Below the pieces are notes generated by a model. It saw only the letters and a list, made by a program, of their open reading frames with translations. It did not search any database and was not told where the DNA came from. A DNA stretch of 63,949 nucleotides, counting the filler, from Klebsormidium nitens (taxonomy: Eukaryota > Plantae > Klebsormidiophyceae): the NCBI GenBank assembly GCA_000708835.1. It is 8 parts of 8 records of this genome, joined end to end, with 100 filler letters (N's around TTAATTAATTAA, not from the genome) between each part and the next. Parts side by side here need not be neighbours in the genome. Positions count along the whole stretch, not along the records: positions 33,964 to 41,144 come from DF238309.1; positions 41,245 to 49,048 come from DF238275.1; positions 49,149 to 58,033 come from DF238220.1; 5 more parts are not named here. The stretch is one strand, 5' to 3'. The translations under genes were made by a program, and so were the position numbers. The stretch's first letter is position 1. The number at the start of each line of letters is the position of its first letter. Positions 38,491 through 51,635 of the stretch are shown here, in pieces.

Positions 38491-41017
38491 CGAGCTACCT
38501 ACGGTGGGTTCCGGCCGAGTCGACTCCGATTCGATTCGCAACGAAACTGTGGGACCCGGTTTCAAGATCTGTCACTAGTACCGGCGGTTTTCGTCACGGT
38601 GACTTGGACTTCCGAAACATGTATGCCGATGATCGGGTACTCAGGAACTTTTGCTCGGCCGTAAGTGAGTGAGTGTCATGAAATTGTTAAAAAGTGTGGT
38701 ATTTTACACTTTCACGAAAGCATCAAAATGCCACACTAAGACGAGGCTTATGCAACATGCATAAACCTCTGACAAGCAAATAGAATGTTGGGGGGCGTCA
38801 TTAGCTATCCTTTGAAGCTCCAACATTATGTTTTGTTCAGGACAAATAACAAATAGCAGCATAGGAGGCGCAAAGTTGAACGCCATTGTTGAATTTTGAA
38901 GAGCGACTTCTCTTACATTCCTCTATCGAATCTCTGCACTCTTCTCTCAGTCTGGGTACTGCAGTATTCTTGCTCGGTACAAGTCGGATGTTCCGACCAA
39001 GACCTTGAAATTTAAATCACGGTATTTTAACGCGCAGACTCGAGTCTCACGCGACGGGACCGTACCTACGCTTAGTACGCAATTGCCCGTTGATTGACGT
39101 GTCAGAAAAAGTTCGACTCATGAACTCGGACCCAATTCTCAAGTATCGCGTGACACCAGTCAAACAAATTGGAGACCGGACCGTGACGCGGTCGATACCG
39201 TCGACACCGCGCAATTTGCTATATGATCGTGGGTGTCTTTGATCGCGGCCCTCTTAGACAAGCAACCCGTTGGCTCTATACCCACAACACGTAAAATCAG
39301 CCTACCAACTCTCGGTTCCATTGGATCATGCTTCCGACCCTTCAGATACATCTAATCCCCTATCGCAAAACTTCTAAGCTTTGGCTTAAAGTCGCCGGAG
39401 CGCTTATGTGCATATCTTAAAGTATCCATGCGTTGCGCAAGGCTAAGTTGTTGAAAGCGATTGGCATCTCACGCTCAATTGACTCAGGACGTTCCTTACA
39501 GATGACTCTTGCCCAAGATCGTCCAAGTCCACAATCTTAGTGAAAGTCCATTTGATAGCAATTCCAACAATTGGTCATCCCCCAAAAAATCCATGGCTCG
39601 TTTCCTCCCCAAGCAAGGTTGGCGGTTCGACGGTATCAGTGGCTCGCACGCAGCTTCCCGATTTGACAAGGGCTTTAGTAATTTCCACACAACTCAACCA
39701 CAATCAAGCCAGAATCCATAGTCAAGTCGAAAATTATCCACAATATCTTGATTCAATGAACGTAGATGACAATGATTTTTTTGAAATTTAGGAGGCATTG
39801 TCATTGTCTGAAAGCAAAGACAAGGTTTGAAGAAGCAATTGAAGTCAGACACTAAAGTAGATGGCCACTGTATGCTTGGTATGCAGCATAAACGACTTTA
39901 TTTAGCCGTTTTGGAGCAGCATCCATTGACAAACCCGAATTTGCACGGCATTCAACCACTTCAAAGCTGACACCACATCTAGGCAATGCATTTTGCTTAC
40001 GATGGTTAACACAAAAGAAGCAAACAAGCCGAGCAAACCGTGACTCCCTTGTCTTCTAGTCGACATGGTATTTAAAGTACCGTTATGAGGATACGGCACC
40101 ATTCCAATTGTTCAATTACACTCATGCCAAGCAGCATGGTGTTAGCATCATTGTGCGTTATAACAATGAGCCGTCACAGTAGCCTCTACTTTTTGTGCCA
40201 AGGTCAAAAACACAAGTCACCGGGTCCAATGTCCTATCAAACGCTTTTCATACCCTTTCATCAGCATAACGCAAGACAATAGCGCCATAATGCATCATAC
40301 GAAGCTTGATCCGGCATTTATGGCCGTTGCCCTTCAGCAATAACCATTTCACACCCAATATTTGCGGCTATATTCTTGAGAAGTCGGCCGTTGACATTCA
40401 ATGCAGCTTTCACGGGTCGTTCTTATCAATCCGATGGCCCTTGTGAACGCCGATATCACGATCAGAAGATTGCAAAGCATAATTGGCAGGCAGAGCGCCG
40501 AGCAAAGTATTGAGCCCCTCATTCGACACATCACAAAGCTCTAGAAACTTATCTGTCTCATTTCCCTCCAGTAACAATGAGATAGCAGGGGAAGCAGAAA
40601 TAGCGGCGCATCATGGACGCTCAAATGAGTACACTTGCCATAAGGCCTCTTTACCTTTATCTCATCAAAGTATGAGACTTTGACCAGGGCAGTGAAACAG
40701 CTTACCCTGCTCAACCACTTTGATCTGAACAGTGCATTCTTACATGCTATCATACCCTATTTCAACAAGGGCAAGGAAACTATCACGCTCGTATTGGTGT
40801 CAGTCACACTAGTTTCCGAGGCATCTTGATCCAACTTCATCTGCAAACTGCTTAACACTCTGCGCTCGACAACCGCGTCGATAAAGATTCGTTTCTAACC
40901 GGGAACAAACTCGCATTTGTCCAAAAGGGTTTTAATTTCAGCGGTCTCATAGCCCCTGTCCCGAAATATAACGGCTAAGTCACTCAATTCCGCGGAGACG
41001 CGCCGTTTTGCCGGGTC

Positions 41018-41143
41018 TGTAACGATTACGACTGGTTAAGCCTAACCTCGTTCTCGACAGGATTTCGTTGACCACGAGTTAGCGAAACGGCGGTGGTTAC
41101 GTCTTAACGACGCACTGCGTAGCTGTCTGCAAGATGGCGTAAT
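41018..41143 (+). mobile_element. Terminus of a repeated element starting TGTAACGATTACGACTGGTTAAGCC (LTR or TIR), running into a gap
   Basis: The first 25 nt are the exact reverse complement of 61074-61098. Confidence 0.6.
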
Positions 41144-41327
41144 ANNNNNNNNNNNNNNNNNNNNNNNNNNNNNNNNNNNNNNNNNNNNTTAATTAATTAA
41201 NNNNNNNNNNNNNNNNNNNNNNNNNNNNNNNNNNNNNNNNNNNNAGCATCTCGCCGTGCAACTTGACGATATAGGTGCTGGGCTTAGGAGCTGAAGTTGA
41301 TGAAGCTTCACGAATTTCAGCTTAGAA

Positions 41328-42040
41328 CTAGCGGTTTAGGGAGAGAGGGACCTGCTCAAAAGGGCGGACCAGCAAGGAGCGGGTAGAGTGATGTGCTAAG
41401 AAGGACGGGCGAGGCAGGCAAGTCACCCATCCCACCCTCTTTTCTGTATGTTTGATTGACTTGCAAGTGCATTCTTTGGCGTATTTTGGCAGCAGGTAGC
41501 CAGCCCTTGCCGCGCACCCGCCCCTGCACACCGTCGCGTCCGTGAGAGTCTCGGGCATCAAGAACGTCTCCTGCTGGACGCTGTTCCCTATCTTCACCTG
41601 GTAGTTGTTGTTCTTGATGTCGGGGGTGTTTCTGAAGATGTCCTCCGCCTTCTTCGCATCGTCTACCTCCACTACGTGAAGCAGCTCGAAGAAGTATGGG
41701 GGCTTGAACGTCCGCTTGTGCGCGTTGTTTCGCTCCTTGAGATTCGCCGTGTGTCCGAATTTGCAAATGCGTCGAGGCTGTTGCTGGATCACTCCAACGT
41801 ATAGGCACTTTTTCGCGTCGTATGTCACGAGGTATGCTTGCTCCCTGTTCGTGACAGGTTGCGTTTGCTGCGTCAGCTCGACGTAGGCGTCTCGGATCGC
41901 ACGGAAGAATGCCCGCACTCTGTCGCCCGTCTCGGTCTGAGCCACCATGGCAAAAGACTCGAAAGCTTGGACGGTCATGTAGTACTTCTCTGCAGGCCGG
42001 CCGCCTTGGTCGAGGATTTCATCAGATGAAGGGGGGTGAC
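41328..42040 (-). pseudogene. MSV199/antirepressor-like N-domain fused to a T5orf172/GIY-YIG-like domain (giant-virus type), 5' part decayed
   Basis: GGRPAEKYYMTVQAFESFAMVAQTETGDRVRAFF, then CLYVG...KFGHTANLKERNNAHKRTF...ELLHVVEVDDAKKAEDIF. The upstream part is out of frame. Confidence 0.6.
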
Positions 42041-42459
42041 CAGGATCTCCGTGTTGAAGTTTGCTTCAAAAGGCTGATCAGCATGCACCTCGCCGTGGAA
42101 TGGGGGCAATCCGTGTGACGCTAATGTTCCACAAATACCCCTCATGTGTAGCACTGTAGCGTCTCGTTTCAGCTCATCAGGCTGCGACATATTGCGGGAG
42201 ACTCTCTCGAGCATGTGCGTGTATGACAAAAACATGGTAATAGGGGCCGTAAAAAAAGGCAACAGTCATTATTTCTTGCCAGGGTGGGATCAATCTGATG
42301 ATGATCATTAAAACGACGACTTAGACGGCGAAGCTGACAGGACTCTGACAGCCTCCGCCTTTCTACCGTCGTAAGCTTATGAATTGGAACTACTGCAATC
42401 TGTGGCACGCTTCAATGTCCAACAAACGTCTTCAAAATCTGATTCTTCAAATAAGATAA

Positions 42460-43407
42460 CTAGGGCCACTTTGAAGCAAGGAACCTCCCTTCAGCATTTG
42501 GTACGACGTAAAAGAGGCGGCCGCGATGGCCCAGCCAGCCGAAGTGCTGCTTCGCAACCTCCTTGGAAAATTTTAAGCCCCCCAACGCAAAGCAGATGAA
42601 ACTCCTTTTGCTCTCCTCCAACTGAAGTGCATTGTAGTCCGCCAATGTGGCTTCGTCTGTATCACTCACATCCACCTTCAAAAGCTCCTCCCAGTACTGC
42701 AAAGCATTCTTTAGTTCCGACTCAGCTGCCTTATACTGCCCATCCATATTGTGTTTTGCTTCTATCAAAACCACCACAGGCTGCCCGTCAATGGTGCCCC
42801 GCACAAGGCCATCCAGGTCACCCACCCTTGCTTGGAATTTGTACCTTAAGGAAACTATGATCTCCGAGTCCTCTAGAATACTTGCTACAGCATTGGAGAC
42901 GCACTCCTCAATGAGTAAGTCATCTGCATCCCGGTAATTCCTCATTTGAGTCAGCTCCGCGCCAGGATCCTTGTATTTTTTTTAAAAAGTAGTCAACTTC
43001 TTCTCCGCCATCGACAGCTGCTTCTCATGCCTCCTGTTACTGATGGTCAACTCCTCAGCTAACCGTAAAAGGGCCGTATTTCCCCAAGGGCTATTTACAA
43101 AGACACGCTTATCAAATAGATCTTCACAATGAAGCTCTCTCATTGCTTGCTGCAATGCAGGGGGGAAAATTTCCCATCCAAAGCGCACTGAGATCCTTGA
43201 AAGGCCCTCAATGGTCAAGGTTTTAAGTACTGTCTTGAAGTCATCAGGGGTAGCAGTCCCAAGCCTGTTATTGTCTAGATCGATTGACAAATTGCTTTCT
43301 AGATGCACCTCACTCTCCTGAATCTTCTTGAACAGTGCGGTGAGAAGGGGGGGATATATAGCATGATCTGCGAGGTTCCAGAACAGAGGTTTCCCAAATG
43401 GTTGCAT
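42460..43407 (-). pseudogene. PD-(D/E)XK nuclease-domain protein with one in-frame TAA
   Basis: ORFs 43407-42982 and 42945-42460 share a frame and are separated only by a TAA inside TTTTTAAAAAAAA. The motif is GDLDGLV...VLIEAKH. Confidence 0.55.
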
Positions 43408-44296
43408 GCAGCAAACCTCCCAAATGGAGAAATCTACAGGGCAGACCTATGTCTTGACCTCCAGGAAGCACTTAATTTTTTGGCAGCCAACAAAGAAAGT
43501 GCACGCTACAGCCTTTTGGTGGATCGTTCAGGAATGAGCTACGACAGCAATAGGGTTGGAGGTGATTATCAGGTCAAGCTTGAGAACGGGCGAATGTTCA
43601 CCTTCTCTGTTCGAAAGCACGTCGACTCGGATCATTTATTATTACTGGCCGTGGCGTGGAACTAGTAACTAACATTGGGTTCTGCTTCCGACTAACCCTA
43701 GTTGAGTACTTGGGCAAAGCGCATTCTTGATAGTCGTGTCACACACATTGTAGAAATCCGTATCGATGTTCCATTCACCGTTGATTAGCAACAAGGCGCA
43801 CAACATTGTCTCCGATGGCCGCAGCAAACAATAGGCGTCCAATGTCAAGAACAGATTACAGAAGCAATACCGGCACAGACGAAGTCTCTTTCGTGGAGTT
43901 CAGGATCAGTGCAATAGAAAAGAGTATGAATTGATCTTTCACAAAAATAATTGTGAGTTTATTATAAGCTTCTAATCTGCCTGTAAACGTTTATTACACT
44001 TGTGCCATCCATAGTCGTTTCTCAGAAACAGAGACGGAAAAAAAAGCATTTTGTGCGTGCTGAACACCTAGCCATTTTTGGTGCGCTTCGTCAAACCCTC
44101 GAGGGCCACCCGCCGGCTCTTGCATGCGCCCACCCGCTGTCTCCGCTTGGGATGTATTGACGTAGCCCAACAGCTGAATTGCAGAGACGCAATAGGAATC
44201 AGCCACTGACTTCGGCAGAGCTTGCTTGTCGAGCTTGCAAGTGACCCCAAAGACAGTCCCAGCTTAGGCACGAAAGACAATTGAGCAACTTTAAAG

Positions 44297-44504
44297 ATGC
44301 GGATCTTTGTAAACACTCTGAAAGTAGAGTCGTCCGACACCATTGAGAACGTCAAGGCGAGCATCCAGGACGAGGAGGGGATCCCGCCCGAACGGCAGCA
44401 CCTCGTCTTCTGTTGGCAAGCAGCTGGAGGACGACCCGCTCGCCGGCGGACTAGAACATCCAGAAAGAGTTCACTTCAAGCTGGTGCTTCGACTCTGACG
44501 AGGA
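44297..44504 (+). pseudogene. Ubiquitin pseudogene (single unit)
   Basis: [38 protein letters not shown], then after a frameshift GKQLED, and later VLRL*RG. TGKTITL is deleted. Confidence 0.85.
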
Positions 44505-44565
44505 ACATCTTGAACGGTGAGGATGTCATTGCAGTCCACGAACTGATGCCAGACAAGCTCACCTG

Positions 44566-45477
44566 TCAATCTCCCTGCCCACTACGGGTGGCCGCCCACA
44601 GCTTCTTTGCAAACTTTTGTTGGGCCAACCGTTCTTCATAGACCGCCATCTTCTGGGGATCGTCCTCGTACGCGGAGCGCCATGCCTCTCCGGCCACCTC
44701 GGTGGAGGCAATGTGTTCGACCACCCAAGCATTTTCGGGATCTTCCGTATACGCTCGGGTTCCCACGGACCATTTTATGAACTCGGCGACATTTGGAGCC
44801 TCCAACGATTCCCCGGGCGTTGCAGCAGGAAATCGCTTTACGAAAAAGTCCCAAGGTCCGATCATCTTTGCGTGCGCTCTTCTCCAGTCCGTGAGTTCCT
44901 GGTTGAATATGTTCTGCACTCGCCGGTACTCTCGGACATTGGCTGCCACCTGGTCAAGCCCCGCAGAGACTTCCTGCGCCAACTCCCACTGCTCCCGGAA
45001 CTTTTTCTTTTTCTCCAGCTGCCAGATCTGTTCATAGAGACTGACGAGCTCCAATGAGTCTCTATCTATGCGCTCCTTCATCTTCACCAATTCTTGAGCC
45101 GCCTCCCAGGTCACCATTTCTGCCGCATCTGCAGGGGCCAATGGGGAACAGCGCAGGTGCCCAAAAACAGCCCCCAGGACATCGAGCTTGTCGCCGTCGG
45201 GAAGAGGCTTCTTGACGGACGGAAGAAACCTCTCCGCCCTGCGACGAGAGAAAGCTTCCACCAGCCTGCGAGACGTGTCTACTTGTTTCTTGGCCCTTTG
45301 AAGTGAGCTCCATGCCTCCTTGACGTGCTCTGGTGCGTTCCCCTGAGCTGGATCCTCCCCGGAATGATGCCAGCGATCGCACTCGTACAGGCCGATGGCC
45401 AGCTTCCGCTGCTCAACTTCAGACAATGCGGCCATGGCGTTCTTGTGCTGTTTCTCAGCAGGTCTAGCAGCGTTCAA
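44566..45477 (-). CDS. Hypothetical helical/coiled-coil protein (303 aa, intronless)
   Basis: Long ORF rich in E/K/A/R; no family recognised. Confidence 0.5.
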   Translation of the reverse strand: MNAARPAEKQHKNAMAALSEVEQRKLAIGLYECDRWHHSGEDPAQGNAPEHVKEAWSSLQRAKKQVDTSRRLVEAFSRRRAERFLPSVKKPLPDGDKLDVLGAVFGHLRCSPLAPADAAEMVTWEAAQELVKMKERIDRDSLELVSLYEQIWQLEKKKKFREQWELAQEVSAGLDQVAANVREYRRVQNIFNQELTDWRRAHAKMIGPWDFFVKRFPAATPGESLEAPNVAEFIKWSVGTRAYTEDPENAWVVEHIASTEVAGEAWRSAYEDDPQKMAVYEERLAQQKFAKKLWAATRSGQGD

Positions 45478-45589
45478 CGGTCATCTCAGGCCCCAATCAC
45501 GCTGCTGCGCTTTTCTTGCGCCCCAACCTGCCCTCGTCAATAGCGATATATATACATGACCCGAATCGAGACATTCGTCTTTGTCAATC

Positions 45590-45698
45590 GCGGTCTGCAT
45601 GCCAGCCTTGCGGGTCTGCATGCCAGCCTTGCGGGTCTGCATGCCAGCCTTGCGGTCTGCATGCCAGCCTTGCGGGTCTGCATGCCAGCCTTGCGGGT
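45590..45698 (+). repeat. 21-bp minisatellite (GCGGGTCTGCATGCCAGCCTT) x5
   Basis: Seen directly; two units carry a 1-nt deletion. Confidence 0.95.
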
Positions 45699-46684
45699 CA
45701 ATCAATCAATCATATACTTGAAAGTCCCGTAAGAGCCTCGTGGGTGTGTCAATCGAAGCGGTGGACGCTCGAAAGCGTTCCTTTCAGCCTCGACAATGAT
45801 CGCATTGCACGAGTAAGAAAGACACGACCGCGAAGCTGATTATACGGATTTTTCGAGGCAACAGCTTGGACCCGCACCCAAGAGGACTACGGTACCACAG
45901 CTTAGCCTTTGAAGCCTCCCCCAGACTAGGCCCCGTGAGCCGCCGACGCATCGTTTTGCATAACGGATTGTATTTTTTGATGAAGGCAACCAATGCTGCT
46001 GCGGGTTGCCAAAACGCTCTGCGCGCGTGCTCGCGCACACCAGCCTGGGCACGTGGCTCCCCCCTGCATGCCACCGTGGCTACGCGGAACATCACAGTGG
46101 GCGAATACGGCCCACTCTGACCACAATTGTTTCCCCCGGGTCCTTTTGACCCGTAACTACCCCATAACGAGTGCCGGGTACTGTCACGGTACAAACCGAG
46201 ACCGCCTTCGGGTGCCCTGCAATCACCCCCACATATTGCCCCCTACGATCGCGGTCCCAACCTGATTTGCCATACGCATCCAGAAAGTCCCCCAAGTAGG
46301 CCGACCGAAGACTTCCCGCACTTTTCGAACCTTCAACCCAACCCCGGGGTTCTAGCTAAGACCTTCCTGACTAGACTGCCCAGGGTTGACAGTGTTTGTG
46401 AGCGCCCAGGGTTGACAGGGTTCTCTGAGCGCCGAGGTTCTGATTCATGCTACCACGTGGGCAAGCAGTAGTCTGTGGCGGCAAAACTGTACTAGCCAGG
46501 CGAAGTCCTTGGTCAGCAGCAGCAAGCCTTCTGCTGCGCAGGAAGGGAGAGGATTACATACCCTGTTGATGCAGACTGACCCATCATCTGCCTGGTAGAT
46601 GCACTGCAAGAGTCTAATAAACAGCAGAGAAGTGGATGCAGCGTAGCAGCTAGCTTTGTGACATGCAATCAACCTCAAATAAGT

Positions 46685-47179
46685 ATGAAGGTCTGCAATC
46701 TGGAAGAGACGATAGGCGCTCTGAACGCCATTTTGGCGCACAATTCCACACTTTTCGCGTCCTTGCCGCAAGTTCCTGAGGGGGAGGCTCGTGTCTTACA
46801 TCTGGACCCACAGGGTCAGGGTTTTCAAGTGATTTGGGGAGGGCTTGCGGAGGACATCTTGAGTGCAACTGTGCAGTACGATATGAAGGTACAGCTAAAG
46901 TGCCTCTTTGAGCAGACACAGCGCAGAGAAGATGGCGTTAGAGGTTGGAGTAGCGTTGTGTTCCTCACCACTCTTAACTCAGAGCAGGCTCTGTACAGGA
47001 TCTTGCTGAAGCCAGGAAGACATGATGTGAAGACAGCTCAGGTGATCAGAGGTTTTGCGGTGAATCTGCACGTACGGTTATACATGACTCCGCGCGCGCG
47101 TCATGTTTTACACGCGCGCGCTAGCATCGGTTTGAAATTACATTTGAGATTCGAGCTGCCGAGGCACTCCACGTTCTGA
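46685..47179 (+). CDS. Hypothetical protein (uncertain, possibly part of a spliced gene)
   Basis: About 165 aa open frame with globular-like composition; no family recognised. Confidence 0.3.
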   Translation: MKVCNLEETIGALNAILAHNSTLFASLPQVPEGEARVLHLDPQGQGFQVIWGGLAEDILSATVQYDMKVQLKCLFEQTQRREDGVRGWSSVVFLTTLNSEQALYRILLKPGRHDVKTAQVIRGFAVNLHVRLYMTPRARHVLHARASIGLKLHLRFELPRHSTF

Positions 47180-48399
47180 CAGCTGTGTTCGCCTGGCCGT
47201 CGCAACCGTACCTAAGTTAAATTAGGTACTGCCATGTCTGGGACTGTATAAATTGTTTTCCTGACATGCCAGCTCAAAAAACATGTGTCCCTGGTGTGCG
47301 CGCGACAAAACCAACCCAGCAAGGAATAGTCTGGCACCATGGGACGGGGGTGCGCGCGCCAGGGACCTAGTGGGGATATCATGATGCTGAAATGCTTGCG
47401 CTGCACTGCTCTTGGGGGAACCCCAGTGACAGAGATTCATATATTCCAGCTAGACAGACACAACATGGCCGACAAAACATACACGAGAGTACCATCTTAA
47501 CGAAGCCGTTGTCGCAATCTTGAGATGATGTGACACGAATGAAACCGAAAGAAACAAACACCCTTGACGATTCCGAATTCGCATGCAAATGTGGAATCGA
47601 AGTCTGGTGTTATCGAGTGAGCCTCTGTCGTGCAGATCAGAAAACGGTAGCTTGCTCTTAATTCTAAGTCAAGCACGCTTCAAACAGTTCAATCAAACGT
47701 CAAATTCTTTCAGATCATCCCTCAGAACCGGAAGATTGTCTTGTATCGGCTTGGGATACGGGGGACGGTCGGCCTCAGGTCCTAGCTGCTTCCCCAACTC
47801 GTTGATCAGCTCTATTCAGGTGTGGTCGGGTGATTCTCCCTGTATTTCTCCATGCCCCCGTTGCAGTAGTCGAAATTTAGAATATAATCTATATGATATC
47901 GCAACCGCTCTGAAAGCTTCGAGAATTCCACGGAATGTTGCACTCCCTCGCCCACGACCTCTCTGAGAACGTCTGTGGCGTACCTCAAAAGCTACAGAAA
48001 GTCGGAATTGCCGACCCCTTCTTTCTGAATCACCACCAAGGCCCGAAATCAGAATCGACATACAGATCCTGATGCATGCATATCGTAGCTCAGGCAGAAT
48101 GTATAAATTACATGCGGTACGAATCGTGCGTCAAGTAAGTGATGAACAATCTCAATAGAAAGCAGCCAACTTCAGTGCCACGGCATTTCAAATGTCATTG
48201 CGACAATTGACGTAACATACACGGCAAAAACAAACAAATCAACATGCCTTGTTCCTAACAGGCTCTAAACTATGCGTGACTGCGCTGCAAACTAACTTAC
48301 CTACTGCCAGTAAGGAATTTTTGAACACAATTAGACAGTCTTGCTTTACCTACAAATCAGAACTGGTCACAACGCCAATTATCTACAAATCATAACTTA

Positions 48400-49048
48400 T
48401 TACAACGCCACCCATGCTGCTTTTCCTGCGCGCCAAACGTCGTGCTGCGTCTCGCTCATCGCCACATTCGGTAGCTCGGGAGTTCCCATATCGCCCGATT
48501 GTAGTGCGTCGCTCGGCAAGACCCCCGTCTTCAAAAACTCTCCCACCGACGGGAAACTCTGTGGCGAGGATAACTCGATGACGCTCTTTCTGAAACGTTC
48601 TTTTTCCTCATGCGTATGAGCAAGCCATGATCTCAGCTTGGTATTCTCTGTGGTCAAGGATCGAACCTGCCCCCTCAAGTCGTCAGGATCTATCGCCTTT
48701 ACAACGTCTTGTTGCCGTCTCCACTTCTGATAGGTTGCCACCTCAGCTTCATACAGTTGCTGCCACCTTTCAGAGCCTACCCTCGCATTATTATATGCCC
48801 CGATCCAGGCGTTGGTCTTTTCCAACTGAGTTTCACCCTCACGCATCGAGGTTTCATAGTCTGCCCGGACTCCTCCAACTGCAGCTTCATTTTTTCAGAT
48901 TCGGCTAACAAATCCTTATATGTCATCCTCGACTGTTTGAGATCATCTGACACAGCATCATACTGGCCCTTCATCTGCTCATACTTTGCCTCCGCATCCT
49001 CCAATCGCCGCTTCATCTTTTTAGAGTCAGCCTCAAGTTCACCACGTC
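48400..49048 (-). pseudogene. Coiled-coil protein fragment with a frameshift near 48850; 5' end in the gap
   Basis: KRRLEDAEAKYEQMKGQY...KLQLEES continues in another frame as YETSMREGETQLEKTNAW. Confidence 0.45.
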
Positions 49049-50974
49049 NNNNNNNNNNNNNNNNNNNNNNNNNNNNNNNNNNNNNNNNNNNNTTAATTAA
49101 TTAANNNNNNNNNNNNNNNNNNNNNNNNNNNNNNNNNNNNNNNNNNNNGCACACCCCACCAAGGAGCCCGCACACACACAAGGTCCCCAGAAGCAGCAGC
49201 ATCAGTGAATGCACAGCCATAGCAGGCCAATGGTGTTTACTGCAAAGGCAAAACCACAAATAAGCTTCTGATCCAATGGATGTATCTCTTCCCCCAAGCC
49301 GGTTTACTTTTTGCCAGTTTTGCCACAATTCACGTGAATAAGCCCTTACACATGTATTACCAGTTCGCAGGGGGTCTGCTGCCAACTGGGAGGAGCGCTC
49401 GGATGCTGCTTTCCTGGTTGACCTAACAGAGCTGACAACCCTGCACTACCAGTCCCAATAATACTCCCTCCAGGCCCGCATCTTTTTCAAATTATTGGCA
49501 TGTCAGCTCATGACGATTTGACTGAAGTAGCTCTCAACAGGCTGCCAACATTTTGAGGAAAGCCTCCTGGAGACGGAGGAGTGACGATCTTGCAACAATT
49601 GGCTCCGTGCATGGGCTGCCGTTCACCGTGATTGACTGGTTAAGTCATGCCAGCATGCTCCTTGCTGACGGCACAAATACTGAAGGACATTCCTGAAGGC
49701 CTCGATGGTCAAATCAGTCAGGGAATCAGCACAATGAGGACTCTGGGACCACATTGACAATCGGATTTGTCAGAGAAGATAGACAAGAGATAGACAGGTT
49801 CGATCCTGGATACAACAAGATCTTGCACAAGCTCTCAAAACGAAGACAAGGGCAAAAGATCAAGTTCATATCAGGACGAGATTTGAGGTCTCCTTGTTGA
49901 AGGCACTAAAGGCAAGACAGCTCATCTCGCTTTTGATATCTCTGCACTATACATGTATAGCCCTGCAGGAACACTACTTGACATGTGCCCTTTCCCTGAT
50001 TCTGGTAACCATCCAAAAGTTGCCTTCACTCAGTTATGTGATGCCTTCCCAATTCCCCGACGACATGTATTAAGCGGCGGTGCAAAGTTTTTGACTCATT
50101 TCAGTACAAAAAAATACCAATATGTAATTTTTGACAATACAAAATGCGCTAGGAGGCTTGCAAAACAACAAGAAACACAGACTCTTGCAAATCACGTGGT
50201 TGATTTCGAGCGGGAAAGAATTTTCAACCAATGTTGAGCATTCCAGTCTACAGCAACACCCTAGCAACACCCCAGATCTGCATCACGAGAAAAGTGCAAA
50301 TTGAAGGAGAAGCGCACCTTGGGCCTTTGGCCTCCAATGTCAGCCAAGGTGTAGAGCCTCAGGCTATCGCACAGACCCCTTGCAGGTTCTCCCCCTCGAA
50401 GCACTGAGTAGGCTGCCCCACGATCCTTAAATGAAGAATCGCATCCTTCAAGGTGTTGGCAAGAGCTCATCCGCCTAAAGAACTCCCCTTCGTTCTCTCT
50501 AACATCAGCAAGGCAAGGGGTGTTTGGCATAAAGTCTGAGCCAATCGGAAAGCGCCAAGGCATACCCCCCAGGATTCACGAGGGCGACATTGTCCAGTTT
50601 GCTAGACCGAATGTCGAAAGCGCCGGTACGGACCCCAAGTGTACCGCCTCCCACCACCCGGGCACTCGGTTGGAACTTAGGGACAGGATTCGGATATTCA
50701 CCCCTTGTTCCTAAGTGTCTAACATACATACATATTCTTCAAACTTGTTCTAAGAGAAAAAGCCAGTACTATGGTACCAGTTGGTTTTTTCCCCTTTTTT
50801 CTCTCCAGTATGTATTCCAATATAATCTTTAGTATGGTTTTACATACATACATATTGGCCATCAAGCCCCCAAGAAGTGGTGCTGCACTAGGTGCAGATC
50901 TGTTCTGTTTTTTTTTTTTTTTCCAGAAATCCCTTACAATTTTTCGGCTTCACGACAAAATATTACTAGGTATG

Positions 50975-51570
50975 GCAGGGGATAGGCCGGGAGCCACAGT
51001 CAAAACTCCTGTCTGTCCTGTCTGTCCTGTCTGGTGGCGCCGTAAATTACAATATTATTCCATATTACCTGATGTGGACGGGCATAGGCCAGAAGCCACA
51101 GACAAAACTCCTGTCTGTCCTGTCTGTCCTGTCTGTCCTGTCTGTCCTGTCTGGGGGCGCCGTAGATTACAATCTTCTGTCATATTTCCTGGTGTGGACG
51201 GGCATAGGCCGGGAGCCACGAACAAAACTCCTTCCTGTCCTGTCTGGCCCGTCTGGGGGCGCCGTAGGTTACAATATTCTGTCGTATTTCCTGGTGTGGA
51301 CGGGCATAGGCCGGGAGCCACTGACAAAACTCCTGTCTGTCCTGTCTGGGGGCGCCGTAAAGTACAATATTCCCATATTTCCTGGTGTGGACGGGCATAG
51401 GCCCGGAGCCACTGTCAGAACTCCTGTCTCTCCTGTCTGTCCTGTCTGGTGGCGCCGTAAATTACAATGTTCCCATATTTTACCAGGTGTGGCCAAGCAT
51501 AGGACGGGAGCCACGTTCCAAACTCCTGTCTGTGCTGTCTTGCTGTCTGGTGGCACCGTAAATGATGATT
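50975..51570 (+). repeat. Minisatellite of six ~91-120 bp units with a nested variable 9-bp repeat (CTGTCTGTC)n
   Basis: Unit GTGGACGGGCATAGGCCGGGAGCCAC...AAAACTC(CTGTCTGTC)n...GGCGCCGTA..TTACAAT...CATATTTCCTGGT starts at about 50975, 51074, 51194, 51296, 51387 and 51489. Confidence 0.9.
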
Positions 51571-51635
51571 TTTCCGGTTATTTTCAGTGTAATGGCCGGC
51601 ATATTTGAGGCTTCTAGAACTTTAATACACCTGTT

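Noticed and set aside
43303-43665. 120-aa plus-strand ORF
   Set aside because: Non-ATG start, overlaps the nuclease gene antisense, and shows no motif.
47208-47229. GTACCTAA-N6-TTAGGTAC palindrome as a dif/lox-like recombination site
   Set aside because: Only 8-bp arms, a single copy, and far from the recombinase genes; chance occurrence is plausible.
49797-49806. GGTTCGATCC, resembling a tRNA T-loop
   Set aside because: No D-arm, anticodon arm or acceptor stem can be folded around it.
50771-51608. ORFs of 72-209 aa with repeated peptides
   Set aside because: They arise from the minisatellite in several frames on both strands, with no coding bias.
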